This document shows, one piece after another, positions 11,435 to 24,887 of a DNA stretch of 64,000 bases. Under the pieces are notes generated by a model that worked only from the letters and a program-made list of their open reading frames with translations, searched no databases and was not told where the DNA came from. Position 1 is the stretch's first letter. The number at the start of each line of letters is the position of its first letter. Source of the DNA: Chrysemys picta bellii (taxonomy: Eukaryota); the NCBI RefSeq assembly GCF_011386835.1, contig NC_088797.1, positions 34,038,001 through 34,102,000 of the forward strand, in the 5' to 3' direction. Made by a program: the position numbers and the translations under genes.

Positions 11435-13505
11435 ATGCAGGCGGGCTGGGGCGGGCGGTGGCCGCGCCTGGATGCCGCGCTGTGCCTGCCCCTGTGTGTG
11501 ACCGTGGCCCTGATGGGGGCCTTGTGCATAGAGGTGCTCTGCCTGCTTCTCTGGGCTGCGGAGCCCACCCAGCTGCCCCTGGCCCTGCACCTGCCCCTCC
11601 TGCTCTTCCTCCTGGCCAACGTGCTGGGCAACATGGGCCTCTTCGTCACCACCAGCCCAAGCATCAAAGGTGTCATGCTGTCCGAAAGCGCCGTGGGACA
11701 GGGCTGGGAGTGAGTATGGCTGGGCTAGAGGGAGGCAGAGGGCTCTCCCACAGCCCAGAGGCACCTTCATCTCAGGGCCAGGTAAGGGATCCCTATGTAA
11801 ACAGCCCTGGTACCCCACTCCAGAGGTGGCTGCATCTCTGTGCCAGGTGAGAGATGGGATCCCTGTATAAACAGCCCCACTCCCCTCTACCCCCATGGCG
11901 GCTTCATCTTTGTGCCGGGCGAGGGATGGGATCCCTGTATAAACAGTACCTGCGCCCCACCTGAGGCAGCTGCAGCTCAGCACCGGGCAAACTTTAGGTT
12001 GGTGCTAGAGCACTGTCAGCTGCCATTCGCTGAGTTTGTGAGAGAGCTCTTCTACAAGATGGGGCATGGCAGTGGCCTGGGATTGGGATGGGGACAGTTG
12101 CCCATTGTCCTTTGCTGGGGACTCCCTGCCCAGGACTGCCCTGCTTTTGGGGCTGCCACTCTATTTCCGGCCCTAGGGAAAGCACAATATGACGTGCTAT
12201 TGGAATGGGGGGGGGGAGAGAGAGACAGAGAAACGCTGCATCACCCCCCTGATTCCCTTCCAGGTACTGCTACACCTGCCAGTCCCATGTCCCCCCCCGC
12301 TGTCTCCACTGCTACACCTGCAATGTGTGCATGCTGCGCCGGGACCACCACTGTGTGCTGCTGGGCCAGTGTGTGGGCTACCATAACTACCGTTACTTCC
12401 TGTGCCTCCTGCTGCACGGCTGGGTGGCCCTGCTCTACGCCAGCCTGCTCAACGCTGACATCTTCATGGACCTCCTGCACGAGGGAGTCACCCTGCACAG
12501 CATCGTCCTCCTCCTTATGCCGTGGCTCATGCTGCTGACGGGTACAGCCATGGCAGGACCTGCCGGGAGGGGTCCATCCACATGTGGGGACTGAGCACCA
12601 CTGGTTTCCCTGGGACCAAGCTGTTCTCAACTGGTTTTATTAAAAAAAACCCCTAGGAAATACCTAGATAAAAAAACTTTGTGAGTTGCAGCCGAGCCTC
12701 GGGAACATCAGATCAAAATTTGGTGATTTTGGGCATCAGCCAGAAGCTCCATAAAGGGCCCTGATTTTATATATTGCTGATCCTCTACCCTCTGAAAAAT
12801 AGAGCCTTTTAGGACATCTCCTTGGAAACTGAGAAACCCCTAAATCACATGTTGCTTTTGCAGATTGTGGTTTGAGTGTGCACCTCGGGGGCTCTTCCAG
12901 CATAGGCAGCTCCTTAGAAACCCCACAACCCATTCCCCTGTCACCTGAGCCACCAAGCCCTCCCTCAGTCCCTACTCCAGAGGCCACTATGATATCCCAG
13001 TATAAACAGTCCCTGTGCCCTACCCCAGAGGCCGGCGCATGTCAGTGGAACAGGGAGCAGAGCAGGGTTAATGAGAACATGCCAATACCTGGTTGTGACT
13101 GGGGGATGCTAGGTGCACCCTTGGGGAATGCTAGGTGCACCCTTGGGGAATGCCTGGCTCCTAGCACTGACTGCACCCCCTTGTGTTTCCCCAGGCCAGG
13201 TGAACACCTCGACTTTCATCTATGCTTTCATGGCTGACACCTGCGTGGTCAGTTTCCTCTTCTGCTCCGGCTTCCTGTTCTTACACGTGCTGCTAAGCCT
13301 GCGTGGCCAGACGACCAGGGAGTGTTTTGGGAAGAGCCGCTGCTATGACCTGGGCTGGCGTCGCAACCTGCAGGAGGCATTGGGGGACAGGTGGCACCTC
13401 GTCTGGCTGTGCCCGCTCCTGGCCTCTCCCCTTCCTGGGAATGGCCTGGCCTTCGAGAGCAGAGCTCTCCGCACTGAGCCCTCCACCAAGGCAGTCATTT
13501 TCTGA
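11435..13505 (+). CDS. ZDHHC24: Palmitoyltransferase ZDHHC24 (287 aa, 3 exons)
   Basis: Exons 11435-11709, 12264-12541, 13195-13505, all GT-AG and phase-consistent (864 nt). DHHC cysteine-rich domain YCYTCQSHVPPRCLHCYTCNVCMLRRDHHCVLLGQCVG; adjacent to ACTN3. Confidence 0.92.
11760..11975. repeat. Dispersed tandem repeat family GGGATCCCTGTATAAACAGCCCC...GGTGGCTGCATCTC
   Basis: The same unit recurs as short arrays at about 28310-28625 and 34700-34985, and near 13000. Confidence 0.6.
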
Positions 13506-13654
13506 AGGTGGGTTCAGGAGCCACTCCCAATGCTGAGGGGGTAGGATGTGCCACGGTCCCAGCCACTTTGCCAACACCAGCTGACTGGCATAATGGGTAG
13601 GGCACTGGGGTGCAGGACTTCTGGTTTCTGTTCCCAGCTCTGCTGCTGACCTTG

Positions 13655-15733
13655 TACAAGAAGAGAGTCTCTAAATACAGCAGAAATAAGAGTAAGACTA
13701 AGGAAAGTGTAGGTCGTTACTCAATGGGGAAGGAGAGCATATAATGGAGGAGAGAGAGAGAAGGTTGAAGTGTTTAATGCCTTTTTTGCTTCAGTCTTCA
13801 CTAAAAAGGTTAATTGGGAGCAGATGCTTAACAATTACTATTAGCATGGGGGAAGGATCTCAGACCAGATTAGGGAAAGAACAGATTAAAGGAGATGGGG
13901 GGAGGGAACAATCTTCATATATGTTAAGGGTTGTTGTAAAGAGGCCAATGTTCTCCATGTCCACCGAAGGTAGGACAGACAGTCATGAGCTTAATCTGCA
14001 GCAAGAGAGATTTAGGTTATAGTAGGAAAAACTTCCTAACTATAATGGTAGTTAAGCTCTGGAACAGGCTTCCAGGGGTGGTTGTGGAATCCCCATCAGT
14101 GGAGGTTTTTAAGGACATGTTGGACAAACACCTGTCAGGGATGGTCTAGGTTTTACTTGGTTCTGCTTCAGTGCTGGGAGGTGGACTTGATGGCCTCTTA
14201 AGGTCCCTTCCAGCCCTGCAGTTCCATGATTTTATAGTATTTAGATAAGTTAGATGTATTCACGTTGGCAGGGCCTGATGAAAATTGCCCGATGGTACTT
14301 AAGGAACTAGCCAAAGCAATCTCAGAACCATTATGGTGAGGTCCCAGGGGACTGGAAAAGGGTAACATAGTATCTGTCTTTAAAAACGGGGGAGGGGGGA
14401 GTAGGACCTGGGAATGTATAGACCAGTCTGCCTAACTACAATACAGGAAAGATACTGGAACAAATGATTAAACAACCAGTTTGTAAGCACCTAGAAGAAA
14501 CTAGGGTTATAAGAAATAGCTGCACGGGTTTGTCAAGAACCAATCATACCAAACCAATCTAATTTCCTTCTTTGACAGGGTTACTGGCCTAGTGGATAAA
14601 GGGGAAGCAGTGGACATGATTTCTGGACTTTAGTAAAGCTTTTGACGCAGTCCCACAGGACAGTCTCTTAAGTAAACTAGGGAAATGTCGTCTAGATTAA
14701 ATTGCTATAAAAGGCTGCACAACTGGTTGAAAGACCATCCTCAAAGAGTAGTTCTCAATGGTTCGCTGTCAAACTGGGAGGATGTATTCAGTGGGGTCCT
14801 GCAGGGGTCTGTCCTGGATCTGGTTCTATTCAGTATTTTCACTAATGCCTTGGATGATGGAGCGAAGAGTATGCTTATAACATTTGCAGATGATGCCCAG
14901 TTGGGAGGGGCTGCCAGCTCTTTGGTGCATGGAATTAGAATGAAAAATGATGGTGATAAACTGGAGAACTGATCTGAAATCAGCAAGGTGAAAGTCAGTA
15001 CAGACAAGTGCAAAGTACTCCATTTAGGAAAGAAAAATGAAATGCACAACTATCAAATGGGGACGTATTGGGTAGGCAGTCGGGTTGCAGAAAAGGATCT
15101 GGGGGGGTAGTGGATCACAAATTGAACATGAGCCAAGAGCATGATGCTGTTGTGAAAAGGGCAAATGTCATGCTGGGCTCTGTCAGCAGCAGGGGGCGGA
15201 TGGAAGACACAGGAGGTAATTGCTGTGCTCTGCTCAGCACTGTTGAGGCCTCAGCTGGAGTGCTGGGTCCCGTTTTGTGTCCCACACTTTAGGAAAGCTC
15301 TGAACAAACAGGAGAGTCCATAGGAGAGCAAGGATTTGTGAGGAACGGTTGAAAGAATTGGGCATGTTTAGGCGAGAGAACTGAAGGCTGAAGGGGGACA
15401 TAAGTCTTCAAATATGTAAAAGGTTGTACTAAAGAGGATGGTGAGCAATTGTTCTCCATGCCCACCTAGGGTAGAACAAGAAATAAATGGCTTAATTCAC
15501 AGCAAGGGAGATTTAGGTGGCTATCAGGAAAAACTTTGTAACTCTCAGGTGGTTAAGCACTGGAACAGATCACCCAGGGAGGATGTGGAATCTCCGTCAC
15601 TGGAGGTTTCAAGAACAAGTTAGACACACACCTGTCAGGGATGGGCTAGATCTATGTAACGCTGCCATAGCGTGGGGCTATGGATTAGATGGCCTCCTGA
15701 GGTCCTTTCCAGCCCTACAATTCTATCATTCTA
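13655..15733 (+). mobile_element. Degenerate CR1 LINE with a nested CR1 3' fragment (about 13885-14235)
   Basis: RT motifs (GVLQGSVLDLVLFSIFTNALDDG...FADDAQLGG, ORF 14685-14972) and two CR1 3' termini (GGTCCCTTCCAGCCC...ATGATT at about 14200-14232; GGTCCTTTCCAGCCCTACAATTCTATCATTCTA at about 15700-15733). Confidence 0.85.
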
Positions 15734-18289
15734 CATCCTTTCCCTGCTCTGTGCCTCAGTTTCCCCATCTGTAAATGGGAATGATCCCTCACTAGATGAA
15801 TTCACTAATGAGGTAAGGGTCAGCAGCTGGTGGGCTGAGGGACAGACCGGCACTCAGACAGAGAGAGAGCCTAGCTCGAGACACTGCTGTTCTATTGGTA
15901 TTACCTAGGTAGCACCTAAAAGCCTTGCCCCCCACAAGATCAGGTGCAGCACAGACACAGTGGGAGACAGGCCCTGCCCCAAGAGCTCTCAGTCTGAACA
16001 GACAAAGGACGGAAAGGAAACAGGCACCAAGAGAGTGAAGGGACTCCCCCAAAGTCACTGGAGAGTCAGCAGCAGAGCCAGGGACAGAACAGAACCCAGG
16101 AGTCCTGGCTCCCATACCTCCCTCCTCCCCTGCCGCTCTAACCACTAGACCCCTCTCCCCTCCCAGAGCTGGGGATGGAACCTAGGAGTCCTGTTTCCGA
16201 GCCCCCACACTGTAACCCACTGGCCTGTCACCCTACTTCATAATCAGTTCATCCCAAGCTTAGGCTACTCTGCTCCAGTTATTGCTGGTTGTGGAGCTGG
16301 CAACCTCAGGCCTGTGGGAGGGGGAGTGAATTTATGCTGGCCAGTCTGTGGCTGAGATCCAGGGATCATCCCCCACCCTCTCTCGTCCCTGTCAGGCATT
16401 GAGAGGGGCCAGAGATGGGGGACACAAAACTGCTCTGGGTTTGTCCCATCGGAGGCCTGGCCCATGATGGCCCAGGTCAGCTCTGATCCCTCCCTCTCTG
16501 ATTGCAGGTCTCCTTCTGGATGGCGCTACAGTACTGCAGTGGGGCTGGCACTGGGTTTGCCTCTCCCCGGAGGGGGAGCGCTGCCGAGGGGCAAGTGTCA
16601 AGCTGTGTCCACTGCTCTGCCCCATGGATTACTGGCACCTGACCTGGGTCCTGACACTGCCCGGTGGGTGATTGAGCCAATCTGCACTGGACTCTGCAGT
16701 TGTTGGGACTGTTGCGCCAGGCACCGGACAGACTCCAACTGAGATTGGGGGGCCCTGTTGCACTGGGCATAGTGCAGCCCGTGAGCAAGATCAGAGACCC
16801 CTGTTGGTCCAGGTGCAGCTCAAATACAGAATGAGAAACAGTCCCTGCCCTGAAGACCTCACAGTCGTAACAGACCCAAGGTGGGAGGGTAAACAGGCAC
16901 CCAGAGGAAAAGGGACTGCCCAGCTCAGGGAATAGAGCCCAGGAGTCCTGGCTCCCAGTCCAGTGCCCTCCTGACTGCACTAACCTTTTGTGGTTCCCAG
17001 TTCTGCTCCATTTAAAGCACTAGCAGCACAAGACCACCCTTCTGCGAGCCCAGGGCTAAAACTGCTTGTCTTCTGTGTTTGCACAGTTCTCCCATGGCTG
17101 GCCCAGCCCAGCAGGACAGCCCACCCCCCAGAGGCTGGAGTCATTGCCTTACCCAGCCACTCTCCCGGGGGGGGTCCTTTCCTCTGGCACCATCCCCACT
17201 GCTCGCCAATAAAGGCTCCAAGCCCCAGGTGCATGGTGCCTGAAGATTGATTTGTCTGATTCTGGAGGGGCCCGTTCTGAGCCCCAACCTGACCCCCTGC
17301 AGCCTTTCCTGCCCCCGGCCCAGATTTGGGGGTGGGACCACAGCATGGCTTTTAGAGCTGTGCAGCCTGGATGTAAAGTCCCCAAGGGGTGGAGCGTTCC
17401 CCTATCCCAGGAGAGCTGCCTTGCTGAAGAATCCCCCTCACTGCTAAACCTCTGCCCCTCATTCCCCATCTGAATCTGTCTGGCATCGCTCCCAGACACG
17501 GACATCAGTTGGCCTTTGTCCTTGAGATTCCCAAGGCCCCTAGGACCAGCTCAGCAGGGATCCCTGGGCACTGGTGCAGTGGCTGCAGTGCTGGCCCTTG
17601 TAAATTCTTCCCCACAGGGCTCAGCTGCCAAGGCCAGGGGTTGCAGGGTCCTTTAGCTGAGCTTCTGTGTCTCTTGTGTTCAGGGGAGGGCCAGGAGCCA
17701 GTGTACATTGGAAGACCATCAGAGCTGGGCATAGAACCCAGGTGTCCTGGCTCCCAGCCTCCCACCCCTACTCTAATGCACTAGCTTCCCTCCTCCCCCC
17801 AGATCTGGGGGGAGAACCCAGGAGTCTGGGGCCCAAAGCAGGGAAAAGACATGGTGTGGCCTGACATCCTTCCCCTCACTGTCACTCTTCACACACCATT
17901 TCCCCTGCATCCCTGGTGGCCAGGAGCCTTTTAATACAGAGCCGTGGCAGTGTCTGGGCGAGGGCTGGATCTGGGGCCTGTCCCAGCCTCATGGCTGCAG
18001 TGCCTGGGCCTCCGGGCACATCCTTTCCCCACAGTGTGGACAGCCCGGCCTTTTCAGTGGTGGGGAAAGTCCTGCTCGGCTGTCTGCAAGGAACAGAGGG
18101 GAGAGAGTAGTGTCCTCCACTGTGGTCTCCTTTCTGATTCCTGCCCAGAGGGGACGGAGCAGCATGGTGCACTCGGGCATGGAGCCAACCCTGACTTGCT
18201 GCACCATGGGGCCCCCACAAACTGAGCCCTACCCCAGGGGGAGAATCTGCCCCTGGACTACTGCATCTGGCAGCGCAATGGCTACTGAT

Positions 18290-19030
18290 GGCTCCCTAGC
18301 GGTGGGTCCATCATACCCAGTATCCCGCCCCCTTCCCTGCTACTCTGAATCAGATCCCTGGGCCCATCCCACGTGGTATCCCCCCTCCTGGCTCAGACCC
18401 ATGGGCCCATCCCACCCAGTATTCCCACTCCTGCTATCCTGGGTCAGACCCCTGGGCCCATCCAGCCTGTTATCACCCCTGGGCCCATCCAGCCCGGTAT
18501 CCTCCGCCCTGGCTCAGACACCCTGGGCCTATCCAGCCTGATATCCGCCCTCCTGCCTCAAACCCCTGTGCCCATCCAGCCTGGTATCCTCTGCCCTGGC
18601 TCAGACCCCTGGGCCCATCCAGCCCTCCCCTGCACTGGATGCCGGTACCCCACCTCGAAGAAGCTGTCGACAATCTTGTTGGTGGTGGCGGCCTGGGAGC
18701 GGAACTGCTGCTGGAGGTGCTCAACTGACGCCATCAGCTGCAGGTAGGTGAAGAGCAGCTGCTTCTCCCTGCTGGGATGGGGCAGAGTGACTTCCTCGGG
18801 GTCAGAGCCTGCTCTCCTAAGGGGTGCTACCTCCAGAGTCCCCTCCTGCCAGGGCCCCTCTGGATACATGTGCCCCTGGAACTGATCTGTGGTGGGCGAT
18901 ACCAGGCCAGATGGGCCTGTGGATCTGATTGGGGGGGGGGGGGCAGATACCAGGCCAGATGGGCCTGTGGATCTGATGGGGGGGGGCAGATACCAGGCCA
19001 GATGGGTCCATGGATCTGATGGGAGAGAGG
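18290..19030. repeat. GC-rich minisatellite flanking and overlapping the last CATSPER1 exon
   Basis: Units like CCCTGGGCCCATCCAGCCTGGTATCCTCTGCCCTGGCTCAGA at 18290-18625, and a related inverted-orientation unit GATACCAGGCCAGATGGGCCTGTGGATCTGAT at 18898-19020. Confidence 0.7.
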
Positions 19031-20121
19031 GGCTGGAAAGGCCCATTACCCCACTCTGACGTGCCCCATGTTGGCTATTTCCACATGGGATGGAGGGAAG
19101 AGGCTGTGCTATGGGGGCCCCTTACCTCTCGCTGCCATCCATGTGCTTGATGAGCTGAGCCAGGAAGGCTTCATCGTCCTCCAGCTTCATGTGTCCCTCT
19201 GTGGGGGGACAGAGAGAGACCTCTGTGGGACTCCAGCCAGGCGGGAGACACCAGCCTCCACCCACCCCAGGGAGGAGAACCCACAGCAGGGGGTGGCGTG
19301 TGGGTGAGACGAATTTGCTGGATCTCAACAATGGCCTGGAACCCTCTTGCCCCACAGTGTCTGGGGGCTGAACACGTCATGGAGACAGAGAGCCCCCTAG
19401 AGGGGGTTCCCCACAGTGCAGGCACTTGGGAGCCTGGTATCCAAGGGTCAGACCCATGGGCCCATCCAACCCGGTATCCCCCACTCCCTAAACAACCTCG
19501 GGGGTGGGGGTCATACTGCCCTTTTGAACTGTCCCCCACCAGCCAGAGGTAGAGGGAGGGGAGCTTACCCTGGGCTGGCTTGCCTGATACAATATCTTCT
19601 ATGCTGCTCTCCTTGGGCTGCAGCAGACTCTGTAACACAAGGGTGGGGGGGGGGAGAGAAGAACAAGCCCAGCATTAAACATGGACCCGACAGGGGGAAA
19701 AGCCCATTGTCCCCTTGTTTCAGTGGGGGAAACTCAGGCATGGAGGGAGTCGGGGACAGAACCAGGAAGAGGACCCAGGAGCCCTGACCTCCACCACCTC
19801 CTGATTCTAACCACTAGATACCACTCTCCTCCCAGAGCCAAGGATAGAATCTAGGAAGCCTGCCCCACCCCCCATAACCACTAGAGACCATTGCCCTACC
19901 AGAGCTGGGAGTCCTAGCTCCTAACCAAACACCCCTGCTGTAATCCACTAGACCCCACTCCCTTCCCAGGCTGGAATAGCTGGGCTGCTGAGACAACTCC
20001 CTCACATGCCTACTTCCCCCATTCCTTAGGGTGTGGGAAGAGGCACCTTCTGCTTCTGCAGCTCTTGGCGCTTGATCAGGGTCAACTGGAAATTGTCCAC
20101 CAGGACAGCAATGACCAGGCT

Positions 20122-20152
<31 letters not shown>

Positions 20153-23100
20153 GATAAGGCTGGGACACGGGTCCTTCCCCCTCTAAGGGACACCGGCTCT
20201 GATCAGGTCCCCAGGTGTGGGAACTGGCTGGCTCAAGCTGGGGGATATGGGCCTATTTCCCTCTCCAGGGGCTGAGTGCCATGAGGGAGGAGGTGTGTGG
20301 AGGGGCATAGGGATATGGAACTAGGATGAGGAGGGGATGGGAGAGCTGGGGTCAGGGGAGGACCAGTGTGCTGAAGGGGCTGGACTCACTTAAGGAAGGT
20401 GAAGTACTCAATGAGGATGTAGGCCATCAGGAAGAAGATAATGTATGAGGCACCTGAAAAGGGAAGGGTGAGCTTCTATTGGGCATGGAGCAGTGTCAGG
20501 AAAAGAATCCAGGAGTCCTGGTTCCTGGCCATAACCCAATATATACCCAACCACTCTATAACCCAATAGATCTCACTCCCCTCCCAGAACTGGAGCTAGA
20601 ACCCAGAAGTCCTGGCTCCCAGCCCCTTGTCCCCCTTGCTCTAAGCACTAAGACCCCCCTTCCCTCCCAGCATGGGGATAGAACACCAGGGTCCTGTCCT
20701 ATGGTGCAGGGGTGGGGAAGGTGTCTCACCCCCTTGGACGCTGTCCAGGTAGATGAAGGACCAGTCGTCTAGCGTGAAGAGCTGGAAGAGGGTGAAGATG
20801 GTGTCGAAGAGCTCCCCGAAGCGATGGGGGTCAGAGTTCTGGAACAGGTCATGCAGCACCACCGAAAACATGACTGGGGGGTGAGGGGGTAAGGAGCAAC
20901 AGTGCTGTGAGCCAAGGACCTCCCAATGCCGCCTGGGGAGGGGGGTGCAGAGGGGTTACAGGAACCTGCTGAGTCTGACATATGTGGTCTAGTTCACCAA
21001 AGAACATCATGTGAGGTCTCAGATACAAGCCGGCGTCACTCCGCTATCATCAGGAAAGGCACGTGAGGAGGATGCTGTGTAAGGAGTTCTGTACCTGCAC
21101 TGACAATATGGTCTGACAGCTGTGGCTGGGGCCACCAGCAAGGGTAGAAAAACAGGTTTCCTGTCAGACGAGGGCCAGTTAGCCATGGATCTGTCTGCAT
21201 GCGTACTGTGTACTGGCTCCTTCACAAGGGGTCGCCTAGCACCAGTCTGACTGCAAATGAAGGCGTGCAAGAACTTCAGAAAGAAACTAACAGGAAGAGA
21301 AAGTGGGGGAGGGGGGAGACCTTACCTTGAGATGCACTTCAAAGGTTTGCTTGACTATATTTGGGGGGCAGAGAAAACAGACAGGAATCCCTCACCTAGG
21401 AAGGGAAGGGACAGCAGGTTTGCTTCCTGAATGTGGGATCTCAGCCAGGCTTGGTGGAACATACTGGAGTGACCTTTAGGTGAGATCAGGCTCTTTCAAC
21501 AGGAGGGTGCCCAGAGAGTTAAGCTGAGGTGTTAGAAAGTGGGCAACAATTTTGTTTTGTGTCTTTGCTTCCAATATGTCACTGGAGTCTCAGTTCCCGG
21601 ACAATACACTTATTGTTTTCCCTATAAATGCAGGTGCCGTGGTGCCAGGCAAAGGGGTGGGCCTGAGCTGACTTACCAGCTGCTTTGTACAGCCCCTTTG
21701 GGAGCAGTAAGCCTGGGAAGTCTGGGAGTGTCCAGCGGCTAAAGGGCTGGATCCTGCAGGACATGCTTCGAGCACTCAGGGCTGGGGTGTGCCTGTCATG
21801 ACCTGAACAGAGAGAGTGGGTCTTGCGGGGGCCTGGAAGGCCGGGCTGGTGCTGCCAGAGGCTGGTGGGTTTAGGCAGCCGATCTATAGTAGGCACAGAC
21901 AAGGCTGCTTCATGCTAAAGGCAGGTGGTGGTGAGGTGCCTCCCAGCCCTGGCAAGCATCAGGTACCCCCAGGAAGAGAGCCCTTGCTGCACCCTGACCC
22001 CACAGGGGAGAGAGCCCCGCTGCACCCCCTCGCCTTCCATAGCACCCCCCATTCATCTCACTGTGGGGAAGGACAGAGCCCCCTCCTCCCGCCCCATGGC
22101 AGGATACAGAGGCAGGTGAACATCAGCAGCAGGATGGCCCCGATGGACGGGCCAGACAGCGCGAAGGTGCTTGTCAGCTCCTGCAGGTTCTCCAGCACCC
22201 TGGGGGCAGAAATAGGGGGTTTGTGGGGGGCCTCAGGGCTGCAGGAGACCCATGGGATCTGCTGTGGATGGGGCACTGGCCAGAAAAGAACCCACTCATG
22301 GGGGTTGTCCCAGGGCACGTGGGGAGGGGAGTGTGAGGTTACCAAGGGGGACAGAGGGATGGCACTGGGGTCAGCAGGGGCGTGGTAGCACAGGGCAGGG
22401 GGACAGCACCTGGGGGACAGGGAGAAAGCAAGGGGGGAACCCAGGTGGCAGAGCACCCAGGGGGTAGGGAGCAAAGGGGCACCCAGGGAGGCACAGCAGG
22501 GAAGGCCACCCAGAGGGGCAGGGAAAGAGCAAGGGGGCATCCAGGTGTCACACCAGGGGAGGGCCCCTGGGGGGCAGGGAGAAGGCAGGGGTCATAGCAA
22601 AGCTACAGCACCCAGGGCCCCAGCTCCATTGCCCAGCGCTTCACTCCCTCTACCCCTCATGCCCGCCAGGCACTGACCGCAGTGTGAGCAGCAGCCTCAG
22701 GACCCGCACAGCCCGGACACCCTTGAAGACGCGGAGCACGCGGAAGAGGCTGACAGCGTTCTCGTGGGTGTTGTGGCCCGGGGAGATGAGGAGCGGCAGC
22801 ACAAAGTCCAGCACCATCATGATCATGACGAAAAAATCTGTGAGAAAGAGGGAACAGCCTCGAGGAAAGGAGGCACTACTACAGTTCCCCAACACCCACT
22901 TCCCCTGCACACGCACATCACCCCCTCCCAGGCACTCGCCTGCTCCCTTGCCCCGCTGCCCTGACCCCCAGGCCACCCCCAGGTGGCTCGTCTCAGCCCC
23001 CCCATGGACCCCAGCCACTGGGAATCTCTCTGCCCCACCTCTGAGTCAGGGTTCCCTGGCCCCCTCCCATGGTAACCCACCAATGTCATTCCAGGGATTG

Positions 23101-24887
23101 CGGAAGTAGTCGAGGTCCAGGGCGATGAGTTTCAGCAGTGCCTCCAGCACGTACACACACAGGAAGACAGCGTCCATGGCAGAGAAGAACCACTCTGAGG
23201 GGGTGAGGGGGCTGGCGTGAGGTCACGTACCCACTAGGCAATTCTGCCCTCACCATCCACGCCCGGCCTAGAGAACAAACCCTGTGTGACAACGGGCACC
23301 CACACGCTGGACTCAGCCCCTTCCTGAATGCAGACAGCATGGCCTAGTGGGAACGGGAGCCAGAACTCCTGGGTTCCCTCTCTGGGTAGAGGGGTTCCTA
23401 GTGGTTAGAGCAGGGGTGCTGGGAGCCACAAGTCCTGGGTTCTATTCCCAGCTCTGCTACTGATCTCCTGTGTGACCTGGGGCAACGTGCTCCCACTTGG
23501 TGCCTCAGTTTCCCCATGTCTATTCAGACTCTGAGCTCCTCTCACCCAGGTTAGCAGGCACTACCATAATACCCAGCATAACCATGAGCTAGTCCCTGAG
23601 GTGAGATGGACACACCTGCTTGGAAGGGGAAATGGGGTGACCTCAACGGGGGGTGGCAGCATCTCTTAGGTTAGCAGGGGGCACTGGGAAGACCACTGTC
23701 TGGGTGAGAGGGAACTGGGCAGAGAGCAATAGGCCAACCCTATGACTGGGTGATAGGGTGTCCTAGGGTGAGTGTGGGGCAATGGAGCAACCCCAGGCTT
23801 GGTGGAAGACAGTGGATCTGGGGCAGGATGGAAGGGGTCAATCCCGATAGCTGAGATGGGGGAGCAATGGGGCTATCCCCATGTATGGTGGGGAGGGAAA
23901 TGGGATGATTCCCATGGCCAGACAAGGGCAGGAGGGGAGCAATCCCCATGGCTGGGATGGATGGGAGGGGTAATGGGATGATTCCCATGGCCAACCCAAG
24001 GCCAGGGGGTGATCCCCGTGGCTGGGACGGGGGGAGGGGTAATGGGATGATCCACATGGCCAGACCAGGGTGTGTGGGGGGGTGATCCCCATGGCTGGGA
24101 TGGCGGGGAGGAGAATGGGATGACTCCCATGGCCAGGCCAGGGCGGGGGCAGCCTTACCTCCACGGACCTGCACCGCGGCGAAGGTCTGCACCACCAGCA
24201 CTGCCGTGTGGATGAAAACCACAGTGAGGATGAAGAGTTCGAAGGCCAGCAGATGAGTGAGCTTGTGGATGATGGCCCGCAGGGTCAGCAGCCGGGGCAA
24301 GGTCCTCTCCCACGCCAGGCGCAGCAGGACCATGGTGCCCCTCCACTTCCGCCCCTGCCGGGGGTCCTGCTTCCCTGGGCACAGATGCCACAGATCAGCC
24401 ATGGTAGGGAAGGAACAGGACAAATGATAGTTATGGGAGGCGGGGCAGGGCGGGCTGTGGGTTGTATGGGGGGCTGTGTAGGGGGCAGGAGCAGCCTGTG
24501 GGGGACTTGGGGTGCAGTAAGGTTCCATGTTCCCTCTGGCTCTCCTCAGGCAGTGGTACTGGGGCTTGGGGGGGGGAGTATGGGGTGTTTGGGGGGGGTT
24601 GCAGGATGGGGAGAGCATTATAGCGGGAGGAGCCCCATCTTCCCTTTGGCTCTTATTGGGGAGAGGTGTTGGGCAGTGGGGGGTTGGAAGCTGGGGTGGG
24701 GGCGTATGCAGAGGGGTGGGGGGATGGGGTGTCCAGGGAGCAACCTATTACCTTTCAATATCTTCGTGGGGTGGGAGGAGGCCGAGGTGGCTTGCAAGGA
24801 GGCCTGGGAGACAGGGGGCATCTCCTCCTTGTATGGAGGCTTCTCCATCTGGATGCCGGACACAACAGGCACGGTCAGGTAGTCCAT
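18558..24887 (-). CDS. CATSPER1: Cation channel sperm-associated protein 1 (predicted 447 aa, 11 coding exons)
   Basis: Exons 24887-24752, 24374-24159, 23194-23081, 22837-22678, 22199-22108, 20873-20730, 20453-20390, 20119-20047, 19629-19569, 19198-19126, 18768-18558; phase-consistent (1344 nt). Six-TM channel with S4 FRVLRVFKGVRAVRVLR and pore TLDDW. LAFELFILTVV...QTFAAVQVRGEWFF and LLFTYLQLMASVEHLQQQFRSQAA match recalled CatSper1 segments. First and last exon limits are less certain. Confidence 0.88.
23870..24140. repeat. Minisatellite in CATSPER1 intron 2
   Basis: About four alternating units ATGGGATGA(T/C)TCCCATGGCC... and ATCCCC(A/G)TGGCTGGGA(T/C)GG. Confidence 0.7.

Noticed and set aside
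16508-16645. Acceptor followed by VSFWMALQYCSGAG, vaguely like a kinase hinge
   Set aside because: The frame closes after about 45 codons, there are no other kinase motifs and no partner exons; probably chance.
20960-21900. Compositionally distinct block in CATSPER1 intron 5, possibly LTR-like
   Set aside because: No TSD, terminal TG...CA or recognisable ORF could be established by eye.
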